This document shows, one piece after another, positions 19,876 to 28,921 of a stretch of DNA of 64,000 nucleotides (position 1 is its first letter; each line of letters starts with the position of its first letter). Made by a program: the position numbers and the translations under genes. The stretch is from Thermoproteus sp. (lineage in GTDB: Archaea > Thermoproteota > Thermoprotei > Thermoproteales > Thermoproteaceae). The notes under the pieces were generated by a model. That model made no database searches and had not been told where the DNA came from. It saw only the letters and a program-made list of their open reading frames with translations. Where the stretch lies: positions 128,001 through 192,000 of the forward strand of contig JBMFIG010000001.1 of NCBI GenBank assembly GCA_049976425.1, written 5' to 3'.

Positions 19876-20289
19876 GTGAAAGCCCTTGAATTGGCCAGAA
19901 AAGTTGCTCTCCTTTCGTTCAAGGATAGACTGCGCGACGCCGCCGCGGCTGTGCTTCGGGACGGCATCTGCGCCGCCGTTGTCGACGGCGACCACATCAT
20001 AGGTCTGTTAACCGAGAGCGATATCGTCGAGGCGGTTGCCCGCGGCGTCTCCGCCGACGCGCCCGTCGTTGAGGCTGTAGACAAGCCGCCTTTGTTTGTC
20101 GAGGGCCATGAGCCTTTGTGGAGAGTCGCCGAGGCCATGATGGCGGCCGGGACGGCGGTGGCGGCCGTGACTGTCGGCGGCAGGTTCGTCGGCGTTATCT
20201 CGGCCATGGATATGGCCGACGCCGAGGGCCAGCTGGCGGAGGCCGCGCGGTTCTCGGAGCTGGTGGGCTCGTTCGCCCCGCCTGCCTAG
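19876..20289 (+). CDS. CBS-domain pair protein
   Basis: VVDGDHIIGLLTESDI and VGVISAMDM. Confidence 0.88.
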   Translation: MKALELARKVALLSFKDRLRDAAAAVLRDGICAAVVDGDHIIGLLTESDIVEAVARGVSADAPVVEAVDKPPLFVEGHEPLWRVAEAMMAAGTAVAAVTVGGRFVGVISAMDMADAEGQLAEAARFSELVGSFAPPA

Positions 20290-20323
20290 CGGAATTCTTA
20301 AAACTCCTTTTTTCGCCCCCCTT

Positions 20324-20509
20324 ATGCTCAAGCTTGACAAGATAATAGCGTTGGCGATATCGCTGTTCCTTGCGCTGGCCTTTACGTGGATAGCGCTCGT
20401 GTCGCGCGACTTCGTGTTGCTCGCCTTGGCGTGGTTCGTCGTCTTGCTGGTCGCGGGCCTCGGCGTCTTCGAGGAGAGGACTGAGGGCGGCGAGGAGGGC
20501 GCTACCTGA
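20324..20509 (+). CDS. Small membrane protein
   Basis: Two hydrophobic helices; CTTAAAA box upstream. Confidence 0.6.
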   Translation: MLKLDKIIALAISLFLALAFTWIALVSRDFVLLALAWFVVLLVAGLGVFEERTEGGEEGAT

Positions 20510-20951
20510 ACACCTCGAGGAAGGTGGGCCTCAACGCGTTGACCAAGTCGGCAGTCCTTACCCTTATTAGCCTATTCACGGCGCCTCCGCCGGCGAGCAC
20601 GTACTCGTGCTCTAGTATGCCGGGGTCCGCCACGACCCTAAGCGCCTTAACCCTCTCGCTGAGGGGGGTCACCGCGCCTGGCTCGACCCCCAACACCTCC
20701 CTCACCTCTCTGGCCTTGGCCATGGCTGCCGGCGCCCCCAAAGCTCTGGAGAGGGCCTCCATGTCCACCCTCACGTTGCCTCTCGCCAGCACGACGACGT
20801 AATCCCCGCCGGCCTTAACCAACAGCGTCTTCACTATGGCGTCGGGAGGAGCCCCGCTGGCCTTGGAGGCCCTCTCGACAGTCTCTACGCCTTCGTCGAA
20901 CTCCAAGACCTCCACCTCGACCCCCAAGAGTTGCGCCTTGTAGCTCCTCAT
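20502..20951 (-). CDS. YbaK/EbsC aminoacyl-tRNA deacylase family protein
   Basis: IVKTLLV, GVEPGAVTP, AGGG. Confidence 0.9.
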   Translation of the reverse strand: MRSYKAQLLGVEVEVLEFDEGVETVERASKASGAPPDAIVKTLLVKAGGDYVVVLARGNVRVDMEALSRALGAPAAMAKAREVREVLGVEPGAVTPLSERVKALRVVADPGILEHEYVLAGGGAVNRLIRVRTADLVNALRPTFLEVFR

Positions 20952-22684
20952 ACGGTCACGGCCTTGACCAATCCCGGCGGGGTGTCTATGGGCGCGCCGA
21001 CCTTGACGCCTGCCCTATACGCCAGGAGCTGTAGGGAGACCGCGTACGATATGGGCGCCAGCTCTCTGTCCGCCTCAACGGCCGGCATATCGCCGCCGGG
21101 GCCCACCGTCAAGACGTCGGCCCCCCTCTCCGACGCCATCTTCAACGCCTTGTTGTAGAGGTCGGCGGCCGATTTGTCCGTGGGCCTCAACACAGCGACG
21201 AGGAGCCCCCGCGACGCCAGGGCGAGGGGGCCGTGCAGGAGCTCCCCCAGCTGGATCCCCTCGGCGTGGAGCAAGGCGGCTTCCTTGAGCTTCAACGCGC
21301 CTTCGAGGGCCACGGGGTACACTATGCCGCTGCCGGCCACGTATATCGCCCCGCGCGCGGCCAGCCTATCCGCCAGACCCTCGGCGGCCTTGTCGAGGCT
21401 CTGCATAGAGCCCGCCAGAGCTCTGGCGAGGCCGTCGATCCTTTCGGCGAGCGCCTTTAGGTCGGCCTGGCTCCTCTTGCCCGTGTGGAGGCCTACGTAG
21501 TAGGCCAATATCAGCAGAGTCTCGAGGGTAGACGTGAAGGTCTTCGTGGCGGGCACCGCCATCTCGGGCCCCGCCGTTATGGGCAGATAGACGTTCGACT
21601 CTATGGCGAGTCTGGAGCTGACGGAGTTCGTGACGCCGATTATCACAGCGCCTTGACGCCTCGCCGCCCTTATGCTCCTTATGACGTCGGACGTCTCGCC
21701 GCTTTGGCTTATGGCCACTATCACCGTGCCGGTGCCGACGTTCTCCAAGGCGTAGTGGGGAAACTCGGCGGCGCTGATCACGTCGACCGGCGTCCCCACA
21801 TCGGCGAAGTAGTACGAGGAGACCATCCCCGCGTGGAGGCTCGTCCCGTTGCCTATGACGTAGACGTTCTTGGCGCCCTGGATTATCATGGAGGCCAGCC
21901 TCAGGTACTTCTCCATAAGCGCAGCCTTGGTCCTCAGAAGGGCCTCAGGCACTTCGTATATCTCCTTGAGCATGAAGTGGGGGAAGCCGGCCTTCTCGGC
22001 GTATAGGAGCTCCTTCACCCTCTTCCTCTCGGGTTGCTGGCCCTCCTCCGCGGGCCGCACCTTGAAGCCGCCGGGCTCCAGCTCCACGTAGGCGCCTTCC
22101 GGCAACAGGTAGGCCTCCTCGGCGAATCCGTAGAGGCTGGCTATATCGCTGGATATATAGGAGCAGTTGCCCGCGACGGCGACGACCAGCGGCTGGCCGC
22201 GTTGCACCGCGAAGAGCCTCCCGTCGGCCGTGAGGGCGGCGAAGGAGAACATGCCGGGGAGGCGCTCGGCCAACGCCGTCGGGTCCGCCCCCTCGAGCAG
22301 ATGGGCCACGACCTCGGCGTCTGTGGTCGACGTGAATTTATGTCCGGCGGCCGCCAGCTCGTCCCTCAACGCCTCGTAGCCGTCTATCACCCCGTCCACC
22401 ACCACCGCTATCCTCCGCCCGCAGTCCAGGAGAGGGTGAGTGTTCTCCAGAGTGACTCTGCCCCTCGACGCGTAGCGGGTGTGGCCGAGCGCCACAGCGA
22501 CATACACGTCGGGGAGCTCCAGCCCGTCCACGTGGCCCGGGCGCTTCACGACCTTCAGAACGCCCCCCTCGAGGTAGGCCACGCCGCTTCCGTCGTAGCC
22601 TCTGTAGACGAGCCTCTTCAGACCGGTCTTGATATCCCTCAAGCTCCTCGGCTCCTTGCAGTAGAAGCCGAATATGCCGCCCAC
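20948..22684 (-). CDS. glmS: GlmS-like protein (Ntn domain plus two SIS domains) lacking catalytic Cys1
   Basis: GTG-GGC-GGC-ATA start gives MGGIFG; YRGYDGSG, GHTR, SQSGETSD, AGPEMAVPATKTF, EGALKLKE, LVKAVTV. Confidence 0.88.
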   Translation of the reverse strand: MGGIFGFYCKEPRSLRDIKTGLKRLVYRGYDGSGVAYLEGGVLKVVKRPGHVDGLELPDVYVAVALGHTRYASRGRVTLENTHPLLDCGRRIAVVVDGVIDGYEALRDELAAAGHKFTSTTDAEVVAHLLEGADPTALAERLPGMFSFAALTADGRLFAVQRGQPLVVAVAGNCSYISSDIASLYGFAEEAYLLPEGAYVELEPGGFKVRPAEEGQQPERKRVKELLYAEKAGFPHFMLKEIYEVPEALLRTKAALMEKYLRLASMIIQGAKNVYVIGNGTSLHAGMVSSYYFADVGTPVDVISAAEFPHYALENVGTGTVIVAISQSGETSDVIRSIRAARRQGAVIIGVTNSVSSRLAIESNVYLPITAGPEMAVPATKTFTSTLETLLILAYYVGLHTGKRSQADLKALAERIDGLARALAGSMQSLDKAAEGLADRLAARGAIYVAGSGIVYPVALEGALKLKEAALLHAEGIQLGELLHGPLALASRGLLVAVLRPTDKSAADLYNKALKMASERGADVLTVGPGGDMPAVEADRELAPISYAVSLQLLAYRAGVKVGAPIDTPPGLVKAVTV

Positions 22685-22759
22685 ATACGCCCCAAGCCGC
22701 CTCTTAAAAAACATTATCTGTATACAAAAAGGCTTAAATAACTTTTTATAGAGAGATCT

Positions 22760-23680
22760 ATGCTTATTATAGGCGTGGACGCCGGCGGCACGAAGACCGA
22801 GGCGGTCCTGTTGAGAGAGGACGGCGCCGTCTCCTTCGCCTACGCAGGTCCCTCGAACCCCGCCTCGGTGGGCTTCGAGACGGCGTGCCGCAACATAGGG
22901 AAGGCCGTCGAAGGCTTGGGAGCCGTAAAGCCCGACGCGGTGGGGCTGGGCATAGCGGGCCTCGTCGACGAGAGGCTCGCCGGCTCTTTCAGGAAGTGCC
23001 TAGGGCTGGAGGACGCTGTGTTCGTCGAGGACGTGGAGGCGGCCCACGTGTCGGCGTTCCTCTTCGGCGACGGCGTGGTCGGGATCTTGGGGACGGGCAG
23101 TAGCTTCCTCGGCGTCAAGGGCGGGGCCAAGGTCAGGGTAGGGGGATGGGGACATCTGCTCGGCGACGAGGGAGGCGCCTACTATCTGGGCAGAGAGGCC
23201 GTGAGGAAGGCGTTGAGGGAGATCGAGGGGCTGGACAGCCCCAGTTGCTTCGCCGAGGACGTCCTCAGGCACTACGGGGTCAAGAACACGGGCGAGCTTC
23301 TGTACGTTATATATTCGTCGGAGAACCCGCGGGGGAGGATAGCGGAGTACGCGCCGAGGGTGTTCGCCTTGGCCGAGACCTGCGCCGAGGCCCGGGAGCT
23401 GTTGAGGCGGGCCGCGGCCCACGTGGCCGAGTACATAGCGGCGGCCCTCCGCGCCCTCGGCCCCCTCCCCGTGGCGCTCACGGGCTCCGTATACCTCAAC
23501 AACGAGGCGTCGCTGAGGCCCCTCATAGAGGACGCCCTGGAGTCGTTGGGGCACCGCGTGGAGATAAGAGGCCCGGCCGTGAGGCAGAGCTGCGCCGCCG
23601 CGTTGTTGGCGGCGAGGGCTAAGGGCTTGTTGAGCAAGCGTCTCGTGGAGGCCGCCGCGGCGACGTGTCGTTTTAAATAG
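22760..23680 (+). CDS. BadF/BadG/BcrA/BcrD ATPase-family sugar (GlcNAc/hexo-) kinase
   Basis: GVDAGGTKT, GTGS, RVGGWGHLLGDEGGAY. Confidence 0.9.
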   Translation: MLIIGVDAGGTKTEAVLLREDGAVSFAYAGPSNPASVGFETACRNIGKAVEGLGAVKPDAVGLGIAGLVDERLAGSFRKCLGLEDAVFVEDVEAAHVSAFLFGDGVVGILGTGSSFLGVKGGAKVRVGGWGHLLGDEGGAYYLGREAVRKALREIEGLDSPSCFAEDVLRHYGVKNTGELLYVIYSSENPRGRIAEYAPRVFALAETCAEARELLRRAAAHVAEYIAAALRALGPLPVALTGSVYLNNEASLRPLIEDALESLGHRVEIRGPAVRQSCAAALLAARAKGLLSKRLVEAAAATCRFK

Positions 23681-23697
23681 GGAGCTCCGGAGCCTCC

Positions 23698-24411
23698 ATG
23701 CTGGTCGACTGCCACTGCCACTGCCACGAGTTCGGCGACGAGGAGCTGGCCAAGTTCGCCGGGATTAAGCTCGTCGCTGTGTCCGACGACGTGAGGAGCT
23801 CCGAGAGGACTCTGGAGCTGGCGAGGAGGTTCGGCGTCGTGCCATGTCTGGGGATCCACCCCTGGAACGTCGGCAAGGCGAAGCCCGAGGACCTCTCGGA
23901 GGCGTTGCGGCTGATAGAGAGGAGCGAGGCGCCGTGTATAGGCGAGGTGGGCCTCGACAGGAGGTTCGTGCCCGAGACCTACGACAAACAGAGGGAGTTC
24001 TTCTCCGAGTTCCTCCGCCTGGCCAGAGAGTACGACCTGGTCGTGAACGTCCACGCGCCCGACGCCTGGGCCGACGCCGTCGAGGCGTTGAGGAAAGCCG
24101 ACGTCGACAGAGCCCTCATCCACTGGTACACAGGTCCTCTGAACCTCCTGGAGGAGATAGCCCAGTACGGCTTCTACATCTCGATAAATCCGGCAGTCAA
24201 GATACAGAAAAAACACAGAGACGTCGCCGAGGCGGCGAAGCCCGACATGGTAGTCCTCGAGAGCGACGGGCCCTACGAGTACAGAGGGCTGAGGCTGGAG
24301 CCCCCCATGGTTAGGGAAACCCTCAAGACCCTCGCCGAGATATGGAGGACGACGCCGGAGGAGGCCGAGGAGAAGCTCTACCTAAACGCGGCTAGGCTCT
24401 TCAAGCTGTGA
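23698..24411 (+). CDS. tatD: TatD-family metal-dependent nuclease
   Basis: DCHCH, GIHP, IGEVGLD, NVH, IHW, ESDGP. Confidence 0.92.
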   Translation: MLVDCHCHCHEFGDEELAKFAGIKLVAVSDDVRSSERTLELARRFGVVPCLGIHPWNVGKAKPEDLSEALRLIERSEAPCIGEVGLDRRFVPETYDKQREFFSEFLRLAREYDLVVNVHAPDAWADAVEALRKADVDRALIHWYTGPLNLLEEIAQYGFYISINPAVKIQKKHRDVAEAAKPDMVVLESDGPYEYRGLRLEPPMVRETLKTLAEIWRTTPEEAEEKLYLNAARLFKL

Positions 24412-24552
24412 GAGCCGGCAGATAGGCGTCCGCACCTCTCGGGCTCGCCCTCGCCAGTCACCCAGTCCTCGCACCTATGGCCGAGGAGCTTTAAAAACCG
24501 CGCGCCGCGGTCCGCGGCGTGTAGGTATATAGCCGTGGGCGTGGCATAATGC

Positions 24553-25638
24553 GTGCCTATATACTCCTGGCCCCGGCCTACGTACAGGCCAAGCGCGGAA
24601 TTGTTGAGGTTGCCTAACGTGAGGCCGTCGCCCTACCAGATCCCGGCGGGCGGCGCCGCCATCTGCACGTTGTGCCACAGGAAGTGCAGGCTGGAGCCGG
24701 GAGCCGTCGGGGCCTGCGGCGTTAGGTTCAACTTAGGCGGGAGGCTGTACACTGCCGTCTACGGCCTCCTCACGGCGGCTGAGTCGAGGCCCGTGGAGAT
24801 AAAGCCCCTCTTCCACTTCTACCCCGGCACCTCGGCCATGACAATAAGCACGTGGGGCTGTAACTTCCCCTGCGCCTGGTGCCAGAATTGGCAGCTCAGC
24901 AAAGCCGCGAGCCTCACGGGGATCTACGCGCCGCCCGAGAGAGTCGTGGAGTGGGCCTTGGAGAACGGCGACTCCGGCGTCAACGTGAGCTTCAACGAGC
25001 CGACGCTCCTCGCCGAATACGCGGAGGACCTCTTCAGGCTGGCGCGCGCCAGAGGCCTGCACGCGTCTATAAACACCAACGGATACCTCTCGGAGGAGGC
25101 CGTCGAGAGGCTGGCAAAGGCCGGGATGGAGGCCATGAACGTTGACATAAAAGGCGGCCGGAGCACCTACAGGAGGTGGCTAGCCGCTGAGCTGGACAAG
25201 GTGCTGGCGACCTCGCGCCTCGCCAAGAACCTCGGCGTTCATCTGGAGTTCACCTACCTGGTGATACCCGGCGTAAACGACGGCGACGCCGAGGAGGTGA
25301 TAGACGCGGTCGCCTCGTTCGGCAGAGATACGCCCCTGCACGTGACGGCGTACTACCCGGCGCATAGGCTGAACAACCCTCCGACCCCGCCGGAGGTGGT
25401 GGAGGAGATATGGCGTAGAGCCCGGCGGGAGCTCGACTACGTATACGTGGGCAATCTGCCGGGCCATCCAGGGCAACACACGTACTGCCCCAACTGCGGA
25501 TATCCGGTCATCAAACGCGCCGGCGATAGGGCCGTCAGAATAGAGCTGAAAGATGGGAAGTGCCCCAGATGCGGCCGCGAGATACCCATCCGCGGTAGGC
25601 CGGGGCGATACGGCAGGCTATATAGAGCATACATATGA
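24553..25638 (+). CDS. AmrS-like (PFL-activase-like) radical SAM enzyme
   Basis: CTLCHRKC...C, PVEIKPLFHFYPG, GCNFPCAWCQN, NEPT, YVYVGN, terminal CxxC pairs. Confidence 0.88.
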   Translation: MPIYSWPRPTYRPSAELLRLPNVRPSPYQIPAGGAAICTLCHRKCRLEPGAVGACGVRFNLGGRLYTAVYGLLTAAESRPVEIKPLFHFYPGTSAMTISTWGCNFPCAWCQNWQLSKAASLTGIYAPPERVVEWALENGDSGVNVSFNEPTLLAEYAEDLFRLARARGLHASINTNGYLSEEAVERLAKAGMEAMNVDIKGGRSTYRRWLAAELDKVLATSRLAKNLGVHLEFTYLVIPGVNDGDAEEVIDAVASFGRDTPLHVTAYYPAHRLNNPPTPPEVVEEIWRRARRELDYVYVGNLPGHPGQHTYCPNCGYPVIKRAGDRAVRIELKDGKCPRCGREIPIRGRPGRYGRLYRAYI

Positions 25639-25743
25639 ATCAGCCACGCGCCTATCAAGGCTAGCACATCCTGACGCAAGGATCGTATATTCTACTCTGT
25701 TGGCCGGCCGCGATGGTTTTTTAGGTGTCTGCCCTTCTCGTAC

Positions 25744-27522
25744 GTGGCCGGCCTTGTCGGTGTGGCCAAGGCGTTGGCCGCGTCGGCTGTCTTGGTCCTC
25801 CTCGCGGCGTTGGCTGTCTTGTCGGGCTCGGCGGCGCCGGGGATCTCCGTGGCGACTTGCCTAGACGGAAGCCCCGTCCCAGCCTTCGTCCAAGCCTTCG
25901 CGGCTCTGCCGCCAGGCCACCGCAGAGCTCTCGTCGAGATATGGAACAGCACGGCGAAATACGGCACAGCCAAGATACCGCTCGCCGCCCTCGCAGACAT
26001 AGCAAGAGAATGGGCTGAGAAAGGATACGGCCAAAACGGAGTAGGCCTAGAAATAATCGCGACTTATGTTAACGGAAATAAGACATATTATGAAATGTTA
26101 TTTATCACATATAAGCCTAAAGATCTGATAGATACGCTGGAGAATCCGTTGCTGGCCGCCTCGAGGCTGAACTACGCTACGGTGAGACTAGATCTCGAGA
26201 TCAGTGCGCCTATAACGAGCGGCGCGGCGCATCCACGGCCGGCGTCCACTGCTACGAATGCCCAAGCGCCAACTCCCCCGGCGCCGCCCGGCTGTTGGTG
26301 GGAGCTGATCGGCTCCTCGCAGACGCAACAGACGCAGATACCCATAACTTGGATATTCGATACATCTAGCCTGAGCGGAGTCCTAGGCGCCTACATCCAA
26401 CAGACGACCTCTTCGGCGGCGATAGGCTTCCTGGCCTCCGCCGGCTTCAAATCCGGGGCTTCGGCGACTGTCAACTACCGCTTTATAGGCGCCTCGGCGC
26501 AGATAGGCGGGGCCTATCTTGAGGCGGCCTCAGTGGGACCTGCCTACGGCAACGACGGCGCCTATATATACCAGATAGGCACCATCGGGCTCGCCGAGTT
26601 TCAGCTCTACTGCGGGACCTACGACAGACCGCAGCCGCAGGATCAATACGCATACCAGGCGTTCATAGACGCCGTAGCCGGCAATCTGTACGTCTCGTAC
26701 GACTTGAGCTATATATCAAGTATATTGGCTCAATATAACTACACAGGCTCGTCGATCTTGTACGTGCCGTTTGACGAGGCGTATGCGTCCGGTGGCGGAC
26801 CCGGCTACGGATATCCGTTCTTGCCCATACAGTCCTACGACCAACCCTTCGGATTGATCGGGACGATACCTGTAGGCGCTATAGCGGCGAGGCTCATCGG
26901 GGTGCCAGAAGGCTGGCCTGCCTACCTTCTGCTCAACCTGGTTGCGGGAGTGCAAGCGTCGAGCACGCAAGTGAGCATAATAGAGCTGGGGCTCAGCTCC
27001 TCAACGCCGGCGTATGCTGACGTGTTCGCGGCCGCAGTCCCGGCGGCGTATGCCGGCTCCTCGGGCTATTCTTACTTCCCTTATATACTGGGCTTCAACA
27101 TAACGCCGCCCGGGCACTACTACTCGCCCACGTCCATATACCTAGATGGGCCGGGAAGCGTCTACGGCTGTACCGCGGGCGGAAGTAACGGCTACTACAC
27201 CTACACCGCCTACGTCCAGATAGGCAACACGCCTCTGCTTGTGCCCGGAGGGACCGTCTACGCATACCTCTACGGCCCAGACGGAAAATTAGTCTGGAGC
27301 GGACAAGTGACTCTGCCCAGTAGCGACTACGGAGTAGTTAACAGCACCCCGACGCACCAGCCCGCCGTCATAGATATCCCGAGCTACGTCTTCAGCTACA
27401 GCCCGTTCGGCACGTCCTACACCCTATACGTATACTACGGAGGCTACACGACGCCCTACGGAACGATAACCTACAGCTCATCGTCTGCTCAAATAACTAT
27501 ATACGCCGTGTATAGGTGTTAA
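25744..27522 (+). CDS. Secreted Tyr/Ser/Gly-rich protein of unknown function
   Basis: N-terminal signal peptide, Pro/Ala/Thr linker, beta-rich low-charge C-terminal region. Confidence 0.75.
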   Translation: MAGLVGVAKALAASAVLVLLAALAVLSGSAAPGISVATCLDGSPVPAFVQAFAALPPGHRRALVEIWNSTAKYGTAKIPLAALADIAREWAEKGYGQNGVGLEIIATYVNGNKTYYEMLFITYKPKDLIDTLENPLLAASRLNYATVRLDLEISAPITSGAAHPRPASTATNAQAPTPPAPPGCWWELIGSSQTQQTQIPITWIFDTSSLSGVLGAYIQQTTSSAAIGFLASAGFKSGASATVNYRFIGASAQIGGAYLEAASVGPAYGNDGAYIYQIGTIGLAEFQLYCGTYDRPQPQDQYAYQAFIDAVAGNLYVSYDLSYISSILAQYNYTGSSILYVPFDEAYASGGGPGYGYPFLPIQSYDQPFGLIGTIPVGAIAARLIGVPEGWPAYLLLNLVAGVQASSTQVSIIELGLSSSTPAYADVFAAAVPAAYAGSSGYSYFPYILGFNITPPGHYYSPTSIYLDGPGSVYGCTAGGSNGYYTYTAYVQIGNTPLLVPGGTVYAYLYGPDGKLVWSGQVTLPSSDYGVVNSTPTHQPAVIDIPSYVFSYSPFGTSYTLYVYYGGYTTPYGTITYSSSSAQITIYAVYRC

Positions 27523-27644
27523 AATCGTATATTTGTAAATCCCCCACTGTTTGGTAAATTCGTCTACAGCTCGGAAGGGACTGGGTCCTTTACGTCGGCG
27601 GCTTCCGGACTGAAACCGTAATATTTAGGAGTCGAGTCCGTCCT

Positions 27645-28478
27645 GTGGATCTGAGACAGCTGTTTGCCGACGCTAGGCGTAAGTTCGAGGAGGGGGGTCT
27701 GGTCTTGGACGTGGAGGAGGACAAGTTGGTGATAGTCGGCGATCTCCACGGCGATAAGGAGACCTTGGACTTGGTCTTGAAGAGGTGGGATGGCGGGAAG
27801 TTCCTCTTTCTGGGCGACTATGTGGATAGGGGGGACAAGGGCCTCGAGGTCTTGACCACCGTGGTCAGGCTGTATCTGGAGGGGAAGGCCTACGTGCTGA
27901 GGGGCAACCACGAGTCGCCGTTGATGAACGAGGACGGCGGCTTCATGGAGGAGCTCTGTCTGTACAAGAGGATACCGAACTGCGGCGAGCTCTACGGCGA
28001 TATAGAGAGGATGTTCGCGGCGATGCCCGTGGCGGCTAGGATCAACGGCGCTGTCTTGGCGGTGCACGGCGGGATACCGCTCAAGGAGCCCTCCATGGAG
28101 CCCGCGTCGATAGCGGAGCTGGCGAAGCCCAGCGGCGACCTGGTGTTGCCGGAGGATCCCCTCGTCTATCAAGCCCTCTGGAACGACCCGTGCGACTGCG
28201 AGGCCCACGCCCCGAGCCCCCGCGGGCCCGGCATATGGCTCTACGGCAGAGGCCCGACGGAGAGGTTCCTCAAGGGGGAGGGCCTCAAGGCGATCGTCAG
28301 GGGGCATCTGTACGTCAGCGCCGGGTACGTGAGCCACCACGGGGTTGTCCACACGGTCTTCACGAGCCGGGCCGGGCCCTATAAGGCCGTGAGGCCCAAG
28401 GTGGCGGTGCTCGACGGCGGCGAGCTCCAGATCTACGACTTGTTGAGCAACGAGGCGATCCGCAGAGTCGAGATCTAG
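27645..28478 (+). CDS. PPP-family Ser/Thr protein phosphatase (metallophosphoesterase)
   Basis: GDLHG, GDYVDRG, LRGNHE, VHGGI, LWNDP, SPRG, RGH. Confidence 0.93.
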   Translation: MDLRQLFADARRKFEEGGLVLDVEEDKLVIVGDLHGDKETLDLVLKRWDGGKFLFLGDYVDRGDKGLEVLTTVVRLYLEGKAYVLRGNHESPLMNEDGGFMEELCLYKRIPNCGELYGDIERMFAAMPVAARINGAVLAVHGGIPLKEPSMEPASIAELAKPSGDLVLPEDPLVYQALWNDPCDCEAHAPSPRGPGIWLYGRGPTERFLKGEGLKAIVRGHLYVSAGYVSHHGVVHTVFTSRAGPYKAVRPKVAVLDGGELQIYDLLSNEAIRRVEI

Positions 28479-28514
28479 GCGGAAAGATTTAATATCGCCA
28501 CGGGGGCATTGATC

Positions 28515-28845
28515 GGCCCCCGAGAGGCCGTCCCCCGACGGAGCACCCATAAGCCGCCGGGCAGGCGTTCGAGGGGACCCGGGACTGAGGACCCTCTCGG
28601 CGGGTTGCGCGGGTAGGCGCGCGCCGGTAGGACGGGGGTGGCAGTGGGCTGGGCGGCCGCCGCCCGCCCCTCCGAAAGGAGCCCCAGGTCTGGGGGGCCC
28701 GCAACCCCGCCGGGCCGGCCGTAGCCCCCGCGCGGCTCTCCGGGAGGCCGTGACGTCCCGGCCCTCGGGGCTTGCCAAGCCGGCGTGCCCAAGCCGTAGG
28801 GCTTGGAGGCGCCGGCGAAGGCGGCGAACCTGGGGAGGTCCGGGA
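28515..28845 (+). ncRNA. ffs: Circularly permuted SRP RNA (predicted mature circle about 28524-28837)
   Basis: SRP54-site AGG-CCG..CGG-AGC hairpin at the 5' end; helix 6 CCAAGCC-GUAG-GGCUUGG near the 3' end; GGCGGC (28820) pairs with GCCGCC (28553); terminal BHB-like CCCC/GAG with GGGG/AGG; TTTAATA box at 28488. Confidence 0.85.
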
Positions 28846-28852
28846 GCGCCGG

Positions 28853-28908
28853 ATCGTGATGACGTCCGATATGAGGACTAGATGAGCTGGCCGTCCCAGA
28901 CTGACGTC
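28853..28908 (+). ncRNA. C/D-box sRNA candidate
   Basis: C box GTGATGA (28856), C'-like TAGATGA (28879), D box CTGA (28901); about 50 nt. Confidence 0.65.
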
Positions 28909-28921
28909 GGTCAAAAAGGCG

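Noticed and set aside
28500-28850. RNase P RNA, riboswitch or rRNA fragment interpretation
   Set aside because: No GAGGAAAGUCC/P4 signature; the helix 6 and helix 8 motifs fit a permuted SRP RNA
27564-28914. Long minus-strand ORFs (404, 105 and 141 aa)
   Set aside because: Antisense shadows of the phosphatase gene and the GC-rich SRP RNA; low-complexity Pro/Arg/Gly translations
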